This document shows positions 29,203 to 37,663 of a stretch of 38,207 nt of DNA, piece by piece (position 1 is the first letter of the stretch; every line of letters starts with the position of its first letter). The stretch is from an uncultured Saprospiraceae bacterium (GTDB lineage Bacteria; Bacteroidota; Bacteroidia; Chitinophagales; Saprospiraceae), in contig CAZJHC010000001.1 of the NCBI GenBank assembly GCA_964545645.1, forward strand, positions 1 to 38,207. Reading direction: 5' to 3'. Under the pieces are notes generated by a model, which worked only from the letters and a program-made list of their open reading frames with translations, did not search any database and was not told where the DNA came from. Position numbers and translations under genes: made by a program.

Positions 29203-30075
29203 ATGGTAGTTTATTCAATCAAGGATGTAGAAAAACTAACAGGCGTCAAGGCGCATACCATAAGAATATGGGAGAAGAGGTATAGCATCATTACGCCTAA
29301 GAGGACAGAAAAAAACATAAGATATTACTTAGACGAAGACCTTAAAAAAATACTAAATATCGCCTTGCTCAATCGCAATGGAATTAAGATCTCCAAGATA
29401 TCTGGTATGGCTCCTTCTGAGATACAAAAAAAAGTCGCTGAGATCGCTGAGATCGATGAATCTTTCGAAGGTCAGTTAGATACGTTGACTATCTCCCTCT
29501 TTGACCTTGATGAAGAGAAGTTCCTAAAAATCATAAATAAAAACCTTCAAGAACGTGGATTCATTCATACGATGTTGGAGGTGATCTATCCCTTGTTGGA
29601 CAAACTGGCTATGATGTGGATCACTGGAAGCATCAAAGCGATACATGAGAAGTTTGTCTCTAATCTGATCAAGCGTAAGTCAATCGTTTATATTGACTCA
29701 TTGTCCCCGACACGGTCGGAGACCTTTCTTATCTACCTGCCAGAAGGAGAGATGAATGAACTGAGCCTTCTGTTCCTAAATTTTTTAATTAGCTCGCATG
29801 GATTTAAAGTTATCAATGCTGGAGTTGACGTCAGCATAGAAGACCTTATTGAGGCCAAGGATGCCAGAGTGCCAGAGTATATTATGACTATTGTCAATGA
29901 TTCTTTATCTGGCAGACATCTGGAGCAATACTTAGATAGGATATGTGCAGAGTATCCCGACACCTCAATTGTTTTATCAGGAATTCAAGTTGAGACCATA
30001 TCTCCCTCTTATCACGACAAGATTAAAATAGTCAAGTCTTCAGAAGAAACTATGGTTTATCTGGATGAGCTATAA
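29203..30075 (+). CDS. MerR-family CarH/LitR-like regulator with a degenerate cobalamin-binding domain
   Basis: YSIKDVEKLTGVKAHTIRIWEKRY...PKRT..NIRYY MerR HTH, four-helix cap and Rossmann-like domain. W-x9-EH appears as W-x9-EK and ExH as EMN. Start placed at ATG 29203; the ORF track starts at TTG 29182. Confidence 0.88.
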   Translation: MVVYSIKDVEKLTGVKAHTIRIWEKRYSIITPKRTEKNIRYYLDEDLKKILNIALLNRNGIKISKISGMAPSEIQKKVAEIAEIDESFEGQLDTLTISLFDLDEEKFLKIINKNLQERGFIHTMLEVIYPLLDKLAMMWITGSIKAIHEKFVSNLIKRKSIVYIDSLSPTRSETFLIYLPEGEMNELSLLFLNFLISSHGFKVINAGVDVSIEDLIEAKDARVPEYIMTIVNDSLSGRHLEQYLDRICAEYPDTSIVLSGIQVETISPSYHDKIKIVKSSEETMVYLDEL

Positions 30076-30082
30076 GGCACGC

Positions 30083-31561
30083 TTACTGACGATAATTGAT
30101 CTCGATAAGTTCGGTAGAGTTGAGGTCCGTTTTTAGGATCATGTTTTCGACCTTGCCATTGCTGATGTACCTCAAGCCTACAGTATTGGGAGGCCTCCAT
30201 CCTTCGTTGATGGCCTGTACCATGATATAGTTATTTCCTTCAGGGTTTATTGATAAGCGTACTATTTTAGCTTCCTTTTCTAGAGATATATTATTGTATA
30301 CCCATTCTCCATTCACATTGATTGAGACCATGTCTCCGTCTTTAATCAAGTGATCATATATCTCCACATTAAACTCGAGAGAATCTACGAATAGAACGTG
30401 AGAATTAATGATTTTTGAAGGAACCGAAACAGGTAGTATTGTATCATTTTTCTTCTTTTTTCCTTGTTTAAAGAAGTCATCTTTTGGAGCTTCATTTGAG
30501 ACGATCGGTTGGAGTGCTTGGCTTCTCAGTTGTTCTAAGGTTGTTATGGAGTCAATTGGATTGTTGAGGATTTCCTTAGAGGTGGTTTGGGGATATATAA
30601 TTTTTAAATAGTGTGGCTCTTCTGTTAAATGCAAAACTGGCCAGGTAAAATCTGATAAAAACTTGTTGAATTGGCTTACATATCCATTTCCATATCTATT
30701 CATCTTAGTTAAGAGTACGATGTTTTGATAATAGTAACCCTTCCCAAAAAGTGCATATTCATTGGGCACCTTGGGCTTGTTGAGGTATGTAGATAAATCT
30801 GAGATAATATCATTGACTTGAGCCACAATGGTCTTAAGGGCCGCCACCTCGGCGGGAGAGTTTAAGTCATTGATAGCTGCATTGAGCCACTTTTGTTCTT
30901 GGTTGATCTTCGACATGCTACGGAGCACATAACTCTGATTATCCTGACCTATAGAATGGATGATTTTTTTAAGGTCAAAATGAATCTCACTGAAAGCAGC
31001 ATAAACTGCTTTCCGGGAGTCACTCAAGGAGTTGTCATAACGTCGTAATTCGAGGAGTCGATCGTAATTTGCAACAGAGGATTTGAGTTGATCAAAATAA
31101 CTTATGATTCTTTCTAAGCCATCATACAAGCTTCTCAAGTTGGCCAGTTGATTTAGATTTTGAGTACCGATTAAGTTGTCCATATCATATCGATCAGCAT
31201 TAAGGCGCTGAGAGATAGTATTGATATTATTCAATATCGATTGTCCTCTTATAACATTCTGATTGCTCTTGATGTCTTGATATAGTTCATTTGGCGACAG
31301 GTCATAGAACCATCTTTCTGGATCTTCATATACATTATCTGGAAGATCTTCATTGCCGTAATTGTTGAGTTGATGGCTTGGGAGGTCGACATATTTATTG
31401 ACTTCTTGATTATAACTCTCATAGACTCTATGCAGTACTAAGGCGCCATGAATGGACTCGTTGATAAAACGTATCTCTTTGTTAAGATTATTGATCTCAG
31501 TCTGACAGAATAAGCTAGGCCAGTTCATCATACACAAGGTGATCAATAATGGGTAGCGCAT
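30083..31561 (-). CDS. Hypothetical exported protein (helical N-terminal region, C-terminal beta domain with DGD/PPNT motifs)
   Basis: Long ORF; likely start MRYPLLITLCMM (31561) giving a signal-peptide-like N-terminus; C-terminal YDHLIKDGDMVSINVNG...NEGWRPPNT. The ORF track starts at 31630. Confidence 0.7.
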   Translation of the reverse strand: MRYPLLITLCMMNWPSLFCQTEINNLNKEIRFINESIHGALVLHRVYESYNQEVNKYVDLPSHQLNNYGNEDLPDNVYEDPERWFYDLSPNELYQDIKSNQNVIRGQSILNNINTISQRLNADRYDMDNLIGTQNLNQLANLRSLYDGLERIISYFDQLKSSVANYDRLLELRRYDNSLSDSRKAVYAAFSEIHFDLKKIIHSIGQDNQSYVLRSMSKINQEQKWLNAAINDLNSPAEVAALKTIVAQVNDIISDLSTYLNKPKVPNEYALFGKGYYYQNIVLLTKMNRYGNGYVSQFNKFLSDFTWPVLHLTEEPHYLKIIYPQTTSKEILNNPIDSITTLEQLRSQALQPIVSNEAPKDDFFKQGKKKKNDTILPVSVPSKIINSHVLFVDSLEFNVEIYDHLIKDGDMVSINVNGEWVYNNISLEKEAKIVRLSINPEGNNYIMVQAINEGWRPPNTVGLRYISNGKVENMILKTDLNSTELIEINYRQ

Positions 31562-31616
31562 AATAAAATAACGTGTCAAACCACTTCTACTATATGATTT
31601 GATATATCTCTTCTGA

Positions 31617-33482
31617 TTATCTGCCAACATGTACTAATAAGACGGAAATATCTGAAGGAGACACACCGCTAATTCTGCTGGCTTGGCCAATCGTCCTTGG
31701 TTTGATGTGTTCTAATTTTTCTCTCGCTTCGGCAGAAAGAGAACTGATCTGATCATAGTTAAAGTCTTCTTTCAAAATCAGGTTTTCTAATCGATTCATT
31801 TTTTCTACCATTTCCCTCTCTTTGGAGAGATACCCTTCATATTTAATATTGACTTCTGCTGATTCTACATGATCTAGGGGAATTGATAGTAGAAATGTAG
31901 ATAGTCCATCATGTAGTTTTGCTAAATCGTGGAGATGAACTTTGGGCCGACTCAAGACTGTCTTGAGTTTAACGGATTGTCTTAGAGGAGTAGAACCTAT
32001 TTGGGTTAACCACCCATTGATAGTGTCAGGGCTTACCGAAGTTTTGGCAAGATATTTTTCGATGCCTTGGATATGTTCTTTCTTTTTTTCTACGTGCTCC
32101 AGACGATTACCGAGAGTATCCATTCCTAATTTGCTGGCGATCGGAGTCAAACGTATATCCGCATTATCTTGTCGGATCAAGATGCGATACTCTGCACGAG
32201 AAGTAAACATGCGATAGGGCTCTTTGGTACCTTTGTTTACAAGGTCATCTACGAGAACACCGATATAGGCATCCGATCGCTTAAGGATAAATGGGTCTTG
32301 CTCAAGAACCTTGAGATGAGCATTGATGCCCGCCATAAGTCCTTGGCAGGCAGCTTCTTCATATCCTGTGGTTCCATTTATCTGACCTGCGAAAAACAAG
32401 TTTTTGACCAACTTTGTTTCGAGAGAAGATTTTAATTGTGTAGGAGGAAAGAAATCATATTCTATAGCATACCCTGGCCTAAACATCTTCATGTTCTCAA
32501 ATCCCTCTACTTTTTTTAGTGCCTTGTATTGTACCTCTTCTGGTAGTGAGGAAGAAAAGCCGTTAACATAGATCTCGCAAGTACTGCGACCCTCGGGCTC
32601 AACAAATAGTTGATGTCTATCTCTTTCTGCAAAGCGGTCTATTTTATCTTCTATAGATGGACAGTAACGAGGACCTAATCCTCTGATACGACCATTGAAC
32701 ATCGGAGATCGATCAAAACCTTCTTTGAGTGTCTCGTGGACTTCAGAGGATGTATAGGTCACATGACACGGGAGTTGCTCCGTCAGATTTGGCGTGTCTG
32801 TAAACGAAAATTTAGAAGGGTTACTATCTCCGTGTTGAATTTCCATTTTGGAGTAATCTAAAGATCGTCCATCTATTCTTGGTGGCGTTCCAGTTTTCAT
32901 CCTGCCTGATTCAAAACCTAACTGCACTAACTGCTCTGTGATTCCTTTGGCTGCTCTTTCTCCTGCTCGGCCACCTCCTAATTGTTTTTCGCCGATGTGT
33001 ATCAGACCATTGAGAAAAGTACCATTGGTAAGAACAACTGATGATGATGTGATCTCGAGACCAATGCTTGTATAGACCCCTTTGCACTGTCCTTCCTTAA
33101 CGATGAGTCCTGTAACCATCTCTTGCCAAAAATCAATATTGGGGTGTGCCTCAAGCATGGCTCTCCATCTTGCAGCAAACATCATCCTGTCACTCTGGGC
33201 TCGTGGACTCCACATGGCTGGACCTTTAGACTTGTTGAGCATCCTAAACTGCACCATAGTATGGTCAGTGACAATGCCAGAATATCCACCTAATGCGTCT
33301 ATCTCTCTGACGATTTGACCCTTGGCGACACCACCCATAGCAGGGTTACAGGACATCTGCCCTATGGTTTGCATATTCATAGTGGCAAGCATAACCTTGG
33401 ACCCCATATTGGCCGCACTGACAGCAGCCTCACATCCAGCGTGACCGCCCCCAACAACTATAACGTCATAATGTGGAAACAT
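31617..33482 (-). CDS. mnmG: tRNA uridine-5-carboxymethylaminomethyl(34) synthesis enzyme MnmG (GidA)
   Basis: YDVIVVGGGHAGCEAA, MSCNPAMGG, KTGTPPR, GPRYCPSIEDK, AGQINGTTGYEEAA and YRMFTSRAEYR. Start placed at ATG 33482; the track uses GTG 33488. Confidence 0.98.
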   Translation of the reverse strand: MFPHYDVIVVGGGHAGCEAAVSAANMGSKVMLATMNMQTIGQMSCNPAMGGVAKGQIVREIDALGGYSGIVTDHTMVQFRMLNKSKGPAMWSPRAQSDRMMFAARWRAMLEAHPNIDFWQEMVTGLIVKEGQCKGVYTSIGLEITSSSVVLTNGTFLNGLIHIGEKQLGGGRAGERAAKGITEQLVQLGFESGRMKTGTPPRIDGRSLDYSKMEIQHGDSNPSKFSFTDTPNLTEQLPCHVTYTSSEVHETLKEGFDRSPMFNGRIRGLGPRYCPSIEDKIDRFAERDRHQLFVEPEGRSTCEIYVNGFSSSLPEEVQYKALKKVEGFENMKMFRPGYAIEYDFFPPTQLKSSLETKLVKNLFFAGQINGTTGYEEAACQGLMAGINAHLKVLEQDPFILKRSDAYIGVLVDDLVNKGTKEPYRMFTSRAEYRILIRQDNADIRLTPIASKLGMDTLGNRLEHVEKKKEHIQGIEKYLAKTSVSPDTINGWLTQIGSTPLRQSVKLKTVLSRPKVHLHDLAKLHDGLSTFLLSIPLDHVESAEVNIKYEGYLSKEREMVEKMNRLENLILKEDFNYDQISSLSAEAREKLEHIKPRTIGQASRISGVSPSDISVLLVHVGR

Positions 33483-33565
33483 GATCACAAAATTAATCCT
33501 TTCGCTGGAACAAATATTTGTAAATAACTGCGTTCATATTAAAGAGCAGTGTAATAAGATAGACG

Positions 33566-35017
33566 ATGGCACAAAGTCAAATACTCAAAACAGAACAGAA
33601 AGCCCTTGAGATCAATCTCAATGATAATATCTATGGCACATTCGCCGAGATAGGCGCAGGGCAAGAAGTAGCAAGACATTTTTTTCAGGTCGGCGCAGCA
33701 GCAGGAACTATTGCCAAAACTATGTCAGCATATGATAAACAATACTCAGATGCTATATATGGCCCTGATAAAAGATATGTCTGCGAAGCTCGGATATACA
33801 AGATGCTTGATCACGAATTTGATCTAATCGAAGAGAGACTAAATGAAAGTCGACCTGGAGCCAATTTCTTTGTATTTGCTGATTCGGTATCGGCTATTAA
33901 TTATCAACGGACGATTAAAGGTAATGGCTGGATGGGCTTGAGGTTCGTACATAAGAAAGGTGCGGCATTCAGCGATATCATCATACATGTCAAGATGCTT
34001 GACAAAAATAATCGTCAGCAACAAGAGGCTATAGGAATCTTAGGGGTAAATCTTATATATGCTTGCTTCTATTACCGACACAACTATGAGCAATTTGTTA
34101 AGAGCCTATTAGATGGATTAAAAAGTCGTATATCGATTGATATGGTGCGGACCAAGGGCCAAGCTTTTGATCATTTTGATAACAGATTAATCTCATTGAG
34201 TCTCGTCAAGAATAATATTACAGAAGTGGCCATATTTGACAATCAAGGGGTGCCACTTCATGCTTCAGAGTTTTTATATCGCAAAGAGTTGATGGTGATA
34301 AGAGGGCATTTTAGACCAACAACTAAGGTGACCAAAGAGGCCATTACTAACTCTTTTGAGCAATTCAAGGAGGAATCTGATGATGCAGATAGGTGTATCG
34401 CTGCGGCAGAGATGACCATGGAAAATCTCAATCGATTTGGCCCTATATCTGATGAAGCATACTTAGATAGAGTAAGGTTACTCAATGCCTTAGGGATGAC
34501 GGTCATTATTTCCAGTTGTAGCAACCATCAGAAGTTGATAAACTATTTTGCGGATTATAAAATCCAACGTTTAGGCATCCTCATGGGAGTCCATGAACTA
34601 AAAGATATCATTATTGATAAATATCAGAGTAATCAGGACGGACGTTTGCTATCAGCATTCGGAGAGCTTTTTAGTAAGAATATTACCGTTTATGCATACC
34701 CAGCGTTAGAAAAGGAAGGTGATAAAATGATTTTTGTCGAAAACCTCCCGGTACCTGAGGGGATTAAATTTTTGTATCAACATCTGATCAAAAATGACCA
34801 GATCGTACAAGTCAAAAAATACAATAAAGACCATATGCATATCATACCTACTAAGGTCTATGAGCTCATCTCAGAAGGTAGTGATGACTCATGGGAATCT
34901 TGTATCCCACCGGAGTTAGTGCAAATCATAAAGGACAATGGGTCCTTTGGTTATGGTGATAAATCAAGTGATTTTGAATATGATAAATCAACCGAAGATG
35001 ATGCGAAGTATTATTAG
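33566..35017 (+). CDS. Conserved protein of unknown function with a CinA-like N-terminal region and a NadD-like nucleotidyltransferase C-terminal region
   Basis: KALEINL...YGTFAEIGAGQEVARHFF..GAAAGTIAKTMSAYD N-terminus; RGHFRPTT at the HxGH-loop position; C-terminal WESCIPPELVQIIK..GSFGY resembles the NadD terminal helix. No signal peptide and no beta-barrel pattern. Confidence 0.65.
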   Translation: MAQSQILKTEQKALEINLNDNIYGTFAEIGAGQEVARHFFQVGAAAGTIAKTMSAYDKQYSDAIYGPDKRYVCEARIYKMLDHEFDLIEERLNESRPGANFFVFADSVSAINYQRTIKGNGWMGLRFVHKKGAAFSDIIIHVKMLDKNNRQQQEAIGILGVNLIYACFYYRHNYEQFVKSLLDGLKSRISIDMVRTKGQAFDHFDNRLISLSLVKNNITEVAIFDNQGVPLHASEFLYRKELMVIRGHFRPTTKVTKEAITNSFEQFKEESDDADRCIAAAEMTMENLNRFGPISDEAYLDRVRLLNALGMTVIISSCSNHQKLINYFADYKIQRLGILMGVHELKDIIIDKYQSNQDGRLLSAFGELFSKNITVYAYPALEKEGDKMIFVENLPVPEGIKFLYQHLIKNDQIVQVKKYNKDHMHIIPTKVYELISEGSDDSWESCIPPELVQIIKDNGSFGYGDKSSDFEYDKSTEDDAKYY

Positions 35018-35768
35018 TTTAGGGACTATCTTAATGATTTTGTTCAGTTGCAAACCACCACCCGAGCCTATAGAAGAATCACCAATGATACAAAAAGTAG
35101 ATTCTACCAAGATTGCCTATATCATGGGTCACTTCAACCCTAAAGAACATAGAGACTTTGCACTAATACCTATAGAGTTAGCGGATAGAGAAGGATTATA
35201 CCTCAGAAAAGAAGCTCTGCGGGCATATGGCCAGATGTACCATCAAGCTAAATCTGAAGGAATAAACTTTCAAATTAGGTCAGCAACAAGAAATTTTGAG
35301 TATCAGAAAGGAATCTGGGAGCGCAAATGGACTGGGACTACCAAGCTATCGGACGGCACAGCGGCTAGTGCTGTTGTGGATCCAGTGGATAGAGCTAAAA
35401 AAATATTGCTATATAGTTCGATGCCAAGCACATCGAGACATCATTGGGGAACCGACATTGATCTCAATAGTTTTGATAATGATTACTTTAAATCCGGTCA
35501 AGGACTAGTGGAGTATAATTGGCTTTTGGATCATGCTGCTTCGTTTGGATTTTGTCAACCTTATACGGACAAATCAGAAGGACGCACAGGATATGAAGAA
35601 GAGCGCTGGCACTGGACTTATACACCTATAAGTAGGGAGCTTACTAACTATGCTGAACAATACTTAACAGATGATATGATCCAAGGCTTTATGGGGTCCG
35701 AAACGGCACCAGCTATCGATGTTGTTAAGAACTATGTGCTTGGGATACATCAAGGTTGTCGCAGATAG
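34998..35768 (+). CDS. M15B (VanY-like) D-Ala-D-Ala carboxypeptidase, lipoprotein
   Basis: Lipobox ILFSC after MMRSIISLG; IRSATR, SRHHWGTDIDL (H-x6-D) and EERWHW (ExxH). The ORF track starts at 34938. Confidence 0.9.
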   Translation: MMRSIISLGTILMILFSCKPPPEPIEESPMIQKVDSTKIAYIMGHFNPKEHRDFALIPIELADREGLYLRKEALRAYGQMYHQAKSEGINFQIRSATRNFEYQKGIWERKWTGTTKLSDGTAASAVVDPVDRAKKILLYSSMPSTSRHHWGTDIDLNSFDNDYFKSGQGLVEYNWLLDHAASFGFCQPYTDKSEGRTGYEEERWHWTYTPISRELTNYAEQYLTDDMIQGFMGSETAPAIDVVKNYVLGIHQGCRR

Positions 35769-36509
35769 ATGATGGATATAAGATATAGAGAAGAATATGT
35801 GATTCGCTCACAGGAAGTTGATGTGGCCAAGAGAGCTACTCCGATGGCCATATTGCAACTCATGCAAGAGGCCTCTATGGGCAGCGCACAACAACTGGGG
35901 GTCTCCGTTCGAGAGCTACAACCATTAAATCTTGCATGGGTATTGCTCCGCAAGTCGGTTACAATTAGTAGCGCTCCTCTCATGGGTGATAAAGTCACTC
36001 TTATCACATATCCATCGCACTTTGACCGATTTTTAGCTTATAGGGACTATAAGATGTATGACCAATCAGGAGAGCTCCTTGCATATGCGAGTAGTACTTG
36101 GACCCTTATGGATATGGTCAAAAGAAAGATATCTCGTATCCCTCAAAGCCTTTTAGAATTAAAAGTCTCTGAAGATGAGACCCTCCTAGAACGACCTCCT
36201 TCTAAACTGACGCTGAGTGACGCTGTCATCAACCAGGAAGATGTTGAGGTAAAGCTTTATGACCTCGATTGGAATGGGCATGTTAACAATTTGAAATTTG
36301 TTCGATATATCTTAGAAAGTTTGCCAGTAGAGTATCACTCTAAGACGTTGGTTAACCTACAGTTTCATATAAAAGCAGAAGCCTTTCTACAGGATCAAAT
36401 CTCAGTGCAAAATGCGACTATAGAAGAGTCGAAGAATCATGTTTCTCATAGATTAACTACGGATGGAGGATCCAAGATGATTGTATTGGCACAAACCCAA
36501 TGGAAATAA
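35769..36509 (+). CDS. Acyl-ACP thioesterase (double hot-dog fold)
   Basis: LMQEAS, LAWVL, RDY, WTLMD and DLDWNGHVNN catalytic motif. Confidence 0.9.
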   Translation: MMDIRYREEYVIRSQEVDVAKRATPMAILQLMQEASMGSAQQLGVSVRELQPLNLAWVLLRKSVTISSAPLMGDKVTLITYPSHFDRFLAYRDYKMYDQSGELLAYASSTWTLMDMVKRKISRIPQSLLELKVSEDETLLERPPSKLTLSDAVINQEDVEVKLYDLDWNGHVNNLKFVRYILESLPVEYHSKTLVNLQFHIKAEAFLQDQISVQNATIEESKNHVSHRLTTDGGSKMIVLAQTQWK

Positions 36510-36511
36510 AA

Positions 36512-36542
36512 AAAGGCTTAAACCAGTGAGATTTAAGCCTTT
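36512..36542. terminator. Bidirectional intrinsic terminator between convergent genes
   Basis: Perfect 11-bp inverted repeat AAAGGCTTAAA-(9 nt)-TTTAAGCCTTT just after the thioesterase stop; the flanking A-run gives a U-tract on the minus strand. Confidence 0.8.
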
Positions 36543-36565
36543 CCAAAAAAACGAAACTTTTCTAT

Positions 36566-37360
36566 CTATCCTTTTAGCTTATAAAGTTTCCCAACATTAG
36601 GAACCAATATAGCCTCGGTTCTTCTATTTAGAGCTCTTCCTTCGGCAGTATCATTATCAGCAGTAGGCATGTTTTCTCCTCTACCAGAAGCAATTAACTG
36701 GTCTGGACTCACGCCCATATCGACCAACTTTCGGATTACTTCAGTAGCTCTTGCAACACTGAGGTCCCAGTTATCTTTATATGCTTTGCCATCAAGCACT
36801 TGTTTATTATCTGTATGTCCTTCTATGATTAGGGCAACTTTCGGATTGTTCTTGAGCATATTAGCGAGCATCTCAAGGGTCTCCTTATCATCCGGGTTGA
36901 CTCTTGTTGATCCTGATCTGAAGTCTACATCATTATTAAGATCTAGATATAAGAAGTTTTCCATTTCATTGATACGAGCATTGCTGCCAGCGACAGCGGC
37001 ATCCACATCTGAAAAAGCGGCGTTGATTTCAGACCTCAAGGCATCTAGTTGTGCTTGCTTATCATCCACATCCGCTCTGATGGCCATGATTTGTTCCTTC
37101 ATCTCTTTTTTAGTCTTGGCGAGATCAGAATCGAGGGATGATTTTTCACCGCTTAGAGTTGTGTTAGAATCTTTTAGTGATGCTATTTCTGATTCTTGAT
37201 TGGCCTTGGTAGCATCAAAATCAGCTTGCAATTTCTCAAGCTTCATAGCCAAGTCTTCGTTTTCTCCTTGTAATGCGTCAAAAGATTTTTTACTGACACA
37301 CGAGGAGGCCATGATTAATGAGGCGACGATCAGTATGATTTGTATTTTATTCCATGTCAT
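36566..37360 (-). CDS. OmpA/MotB-family peptidoglycan-binding lipoprotein with coiled coil
   Basis: Lipobox ASSCVSKK, long heptad coiled coil, FRSGS, IEGHTDN, DNWDLSVARA and GRGE..P...N.T.EGRALNRR. Confidence 0.92.
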   Translation of the reverse strand: MTWNKIQIILIVASLIMASSCVSKKSFDALQGENEDLAMKLEKLQADFDATKANQESEIASLKDSNTTLSGEKSSLDSDLAKTKKEMKEQIMAIRADVDDKQAQLDALRSEINAAFSDVDAAVAGSNARINEMENFLYLDLNNDVDFRSGSTRVNPDDKETLEMLANMLKNNPKVALIIEGHTDNKQVLDGKAYKDNWDLSVARATEVIRKLVDMGVSPDQLIASGRGENMPTADNDTAEGRALNRRTEAILVPNVGKLYKLKG

Positions 37361-37486
37361 GATTAAACGGTAGTTTGATTATCTGATAATTATTAGGTTG
37401 CGAATATATTTAAACATCTACAATTTTATAAAGCAAATACAAATGGATTGTGATGGCCAATGTCCTGTCTCTTACTAATCTAAAGC

Positions 37487-37521
37487 AAAAAACCCCCTAT
37501 CAGTTATGATAGAGGGCTTTT
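37487..37521 (-). terminator. Intrinsic terminator directly downstream of the tRNA 3' fragment
   Basis: Minus strand AAAAGCCCTCTATCA-TAAC-TGATAGGGGGTTTTTT: stem with two G-U pairs that form only on the minus strand, followed by a U-tract. Confidence 0.8.
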
Positions 37522-37539
37522 GAGGTCGGAAGCGGACTT
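37521..37539 (-). other. Displaced 3' fragment of a tRNA (Cys-type); probable att core of a tRNA-integrated element
   Basis: Minus strand AAGT-CCGCT-TCCGACC-T-CA reads as end of T-loop, 3' T-stem, 3' acceptor strand ending CC, discriminator U, then CA. The sequence upstream is AT-rich and not tRNA-like, so no intact tRNA is present. Confidence 0.75.
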
Positions 37540-37584
37540 CATTATATTATTGATAATCAGAAGGATAGAAAATTAAATTCAATT

Positions 37585-37605
37585 TGGGGTACGGTATGGG
37601 GTACG
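37585..37605 (+). repeat. Tandem direct repeat TGGGGTACG x2 (12-bp period), putative integrase arm-type sites
   Basis: Copies at 37585-37593 and 37597-37605, about 45 bp inside the tRNA fragment, bracketed by the inverted pair GATAATCAGAA (37552-37562) and TTCTGATTATC (37611-37621). Confidence 0.6.
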
Positions 37606-37663
37606 AATTATTCTGATTATCCCTTTAGACTCTCATTAATATCTCATGTAGCAATATGAAATG

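Noticed and set aside
29435-29459. Short tandem TCGCTGAGA repeat in the MerR gene
   Set aside because: In-frame 9-bp unit encoding AEIAEI in a helix; too short for a contingency locus.
23740-33565. Possible replication origin, suggested by dnaN and mnmG being nearby
   Set aside because: No dnaA, no cluster of TTATCCACA-like boxes and no suitable unwinding element seen in the short intergenic gaps; dnaN is commonly unlinked from dnaA in Bacteroidota.
36566-37360. MotB-like annotation implying flagella, and a 176-aa antisense ORF
   Set aside because: It is a lipoprotein without the MotB TM Asp and has no motA neighbour, so it is an ordinary OmpA-family protein; the antisense ORF is a shadow.
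37378-37398. ATTATCTGATAATTATTA, resembling a Fur box, upstream of the OmpA-family gene
   Set aside because: Only a partial match to the 7-1-7 consensus in AT-rich DNA, and no iron-related gene context.
37521-37600. Intact tRNA gene
   Set aside because: Only the last 19 or so nt are tRNA-like; there is no D arm, anticodon arm or GGTTC, so it is reported as an att fragment.
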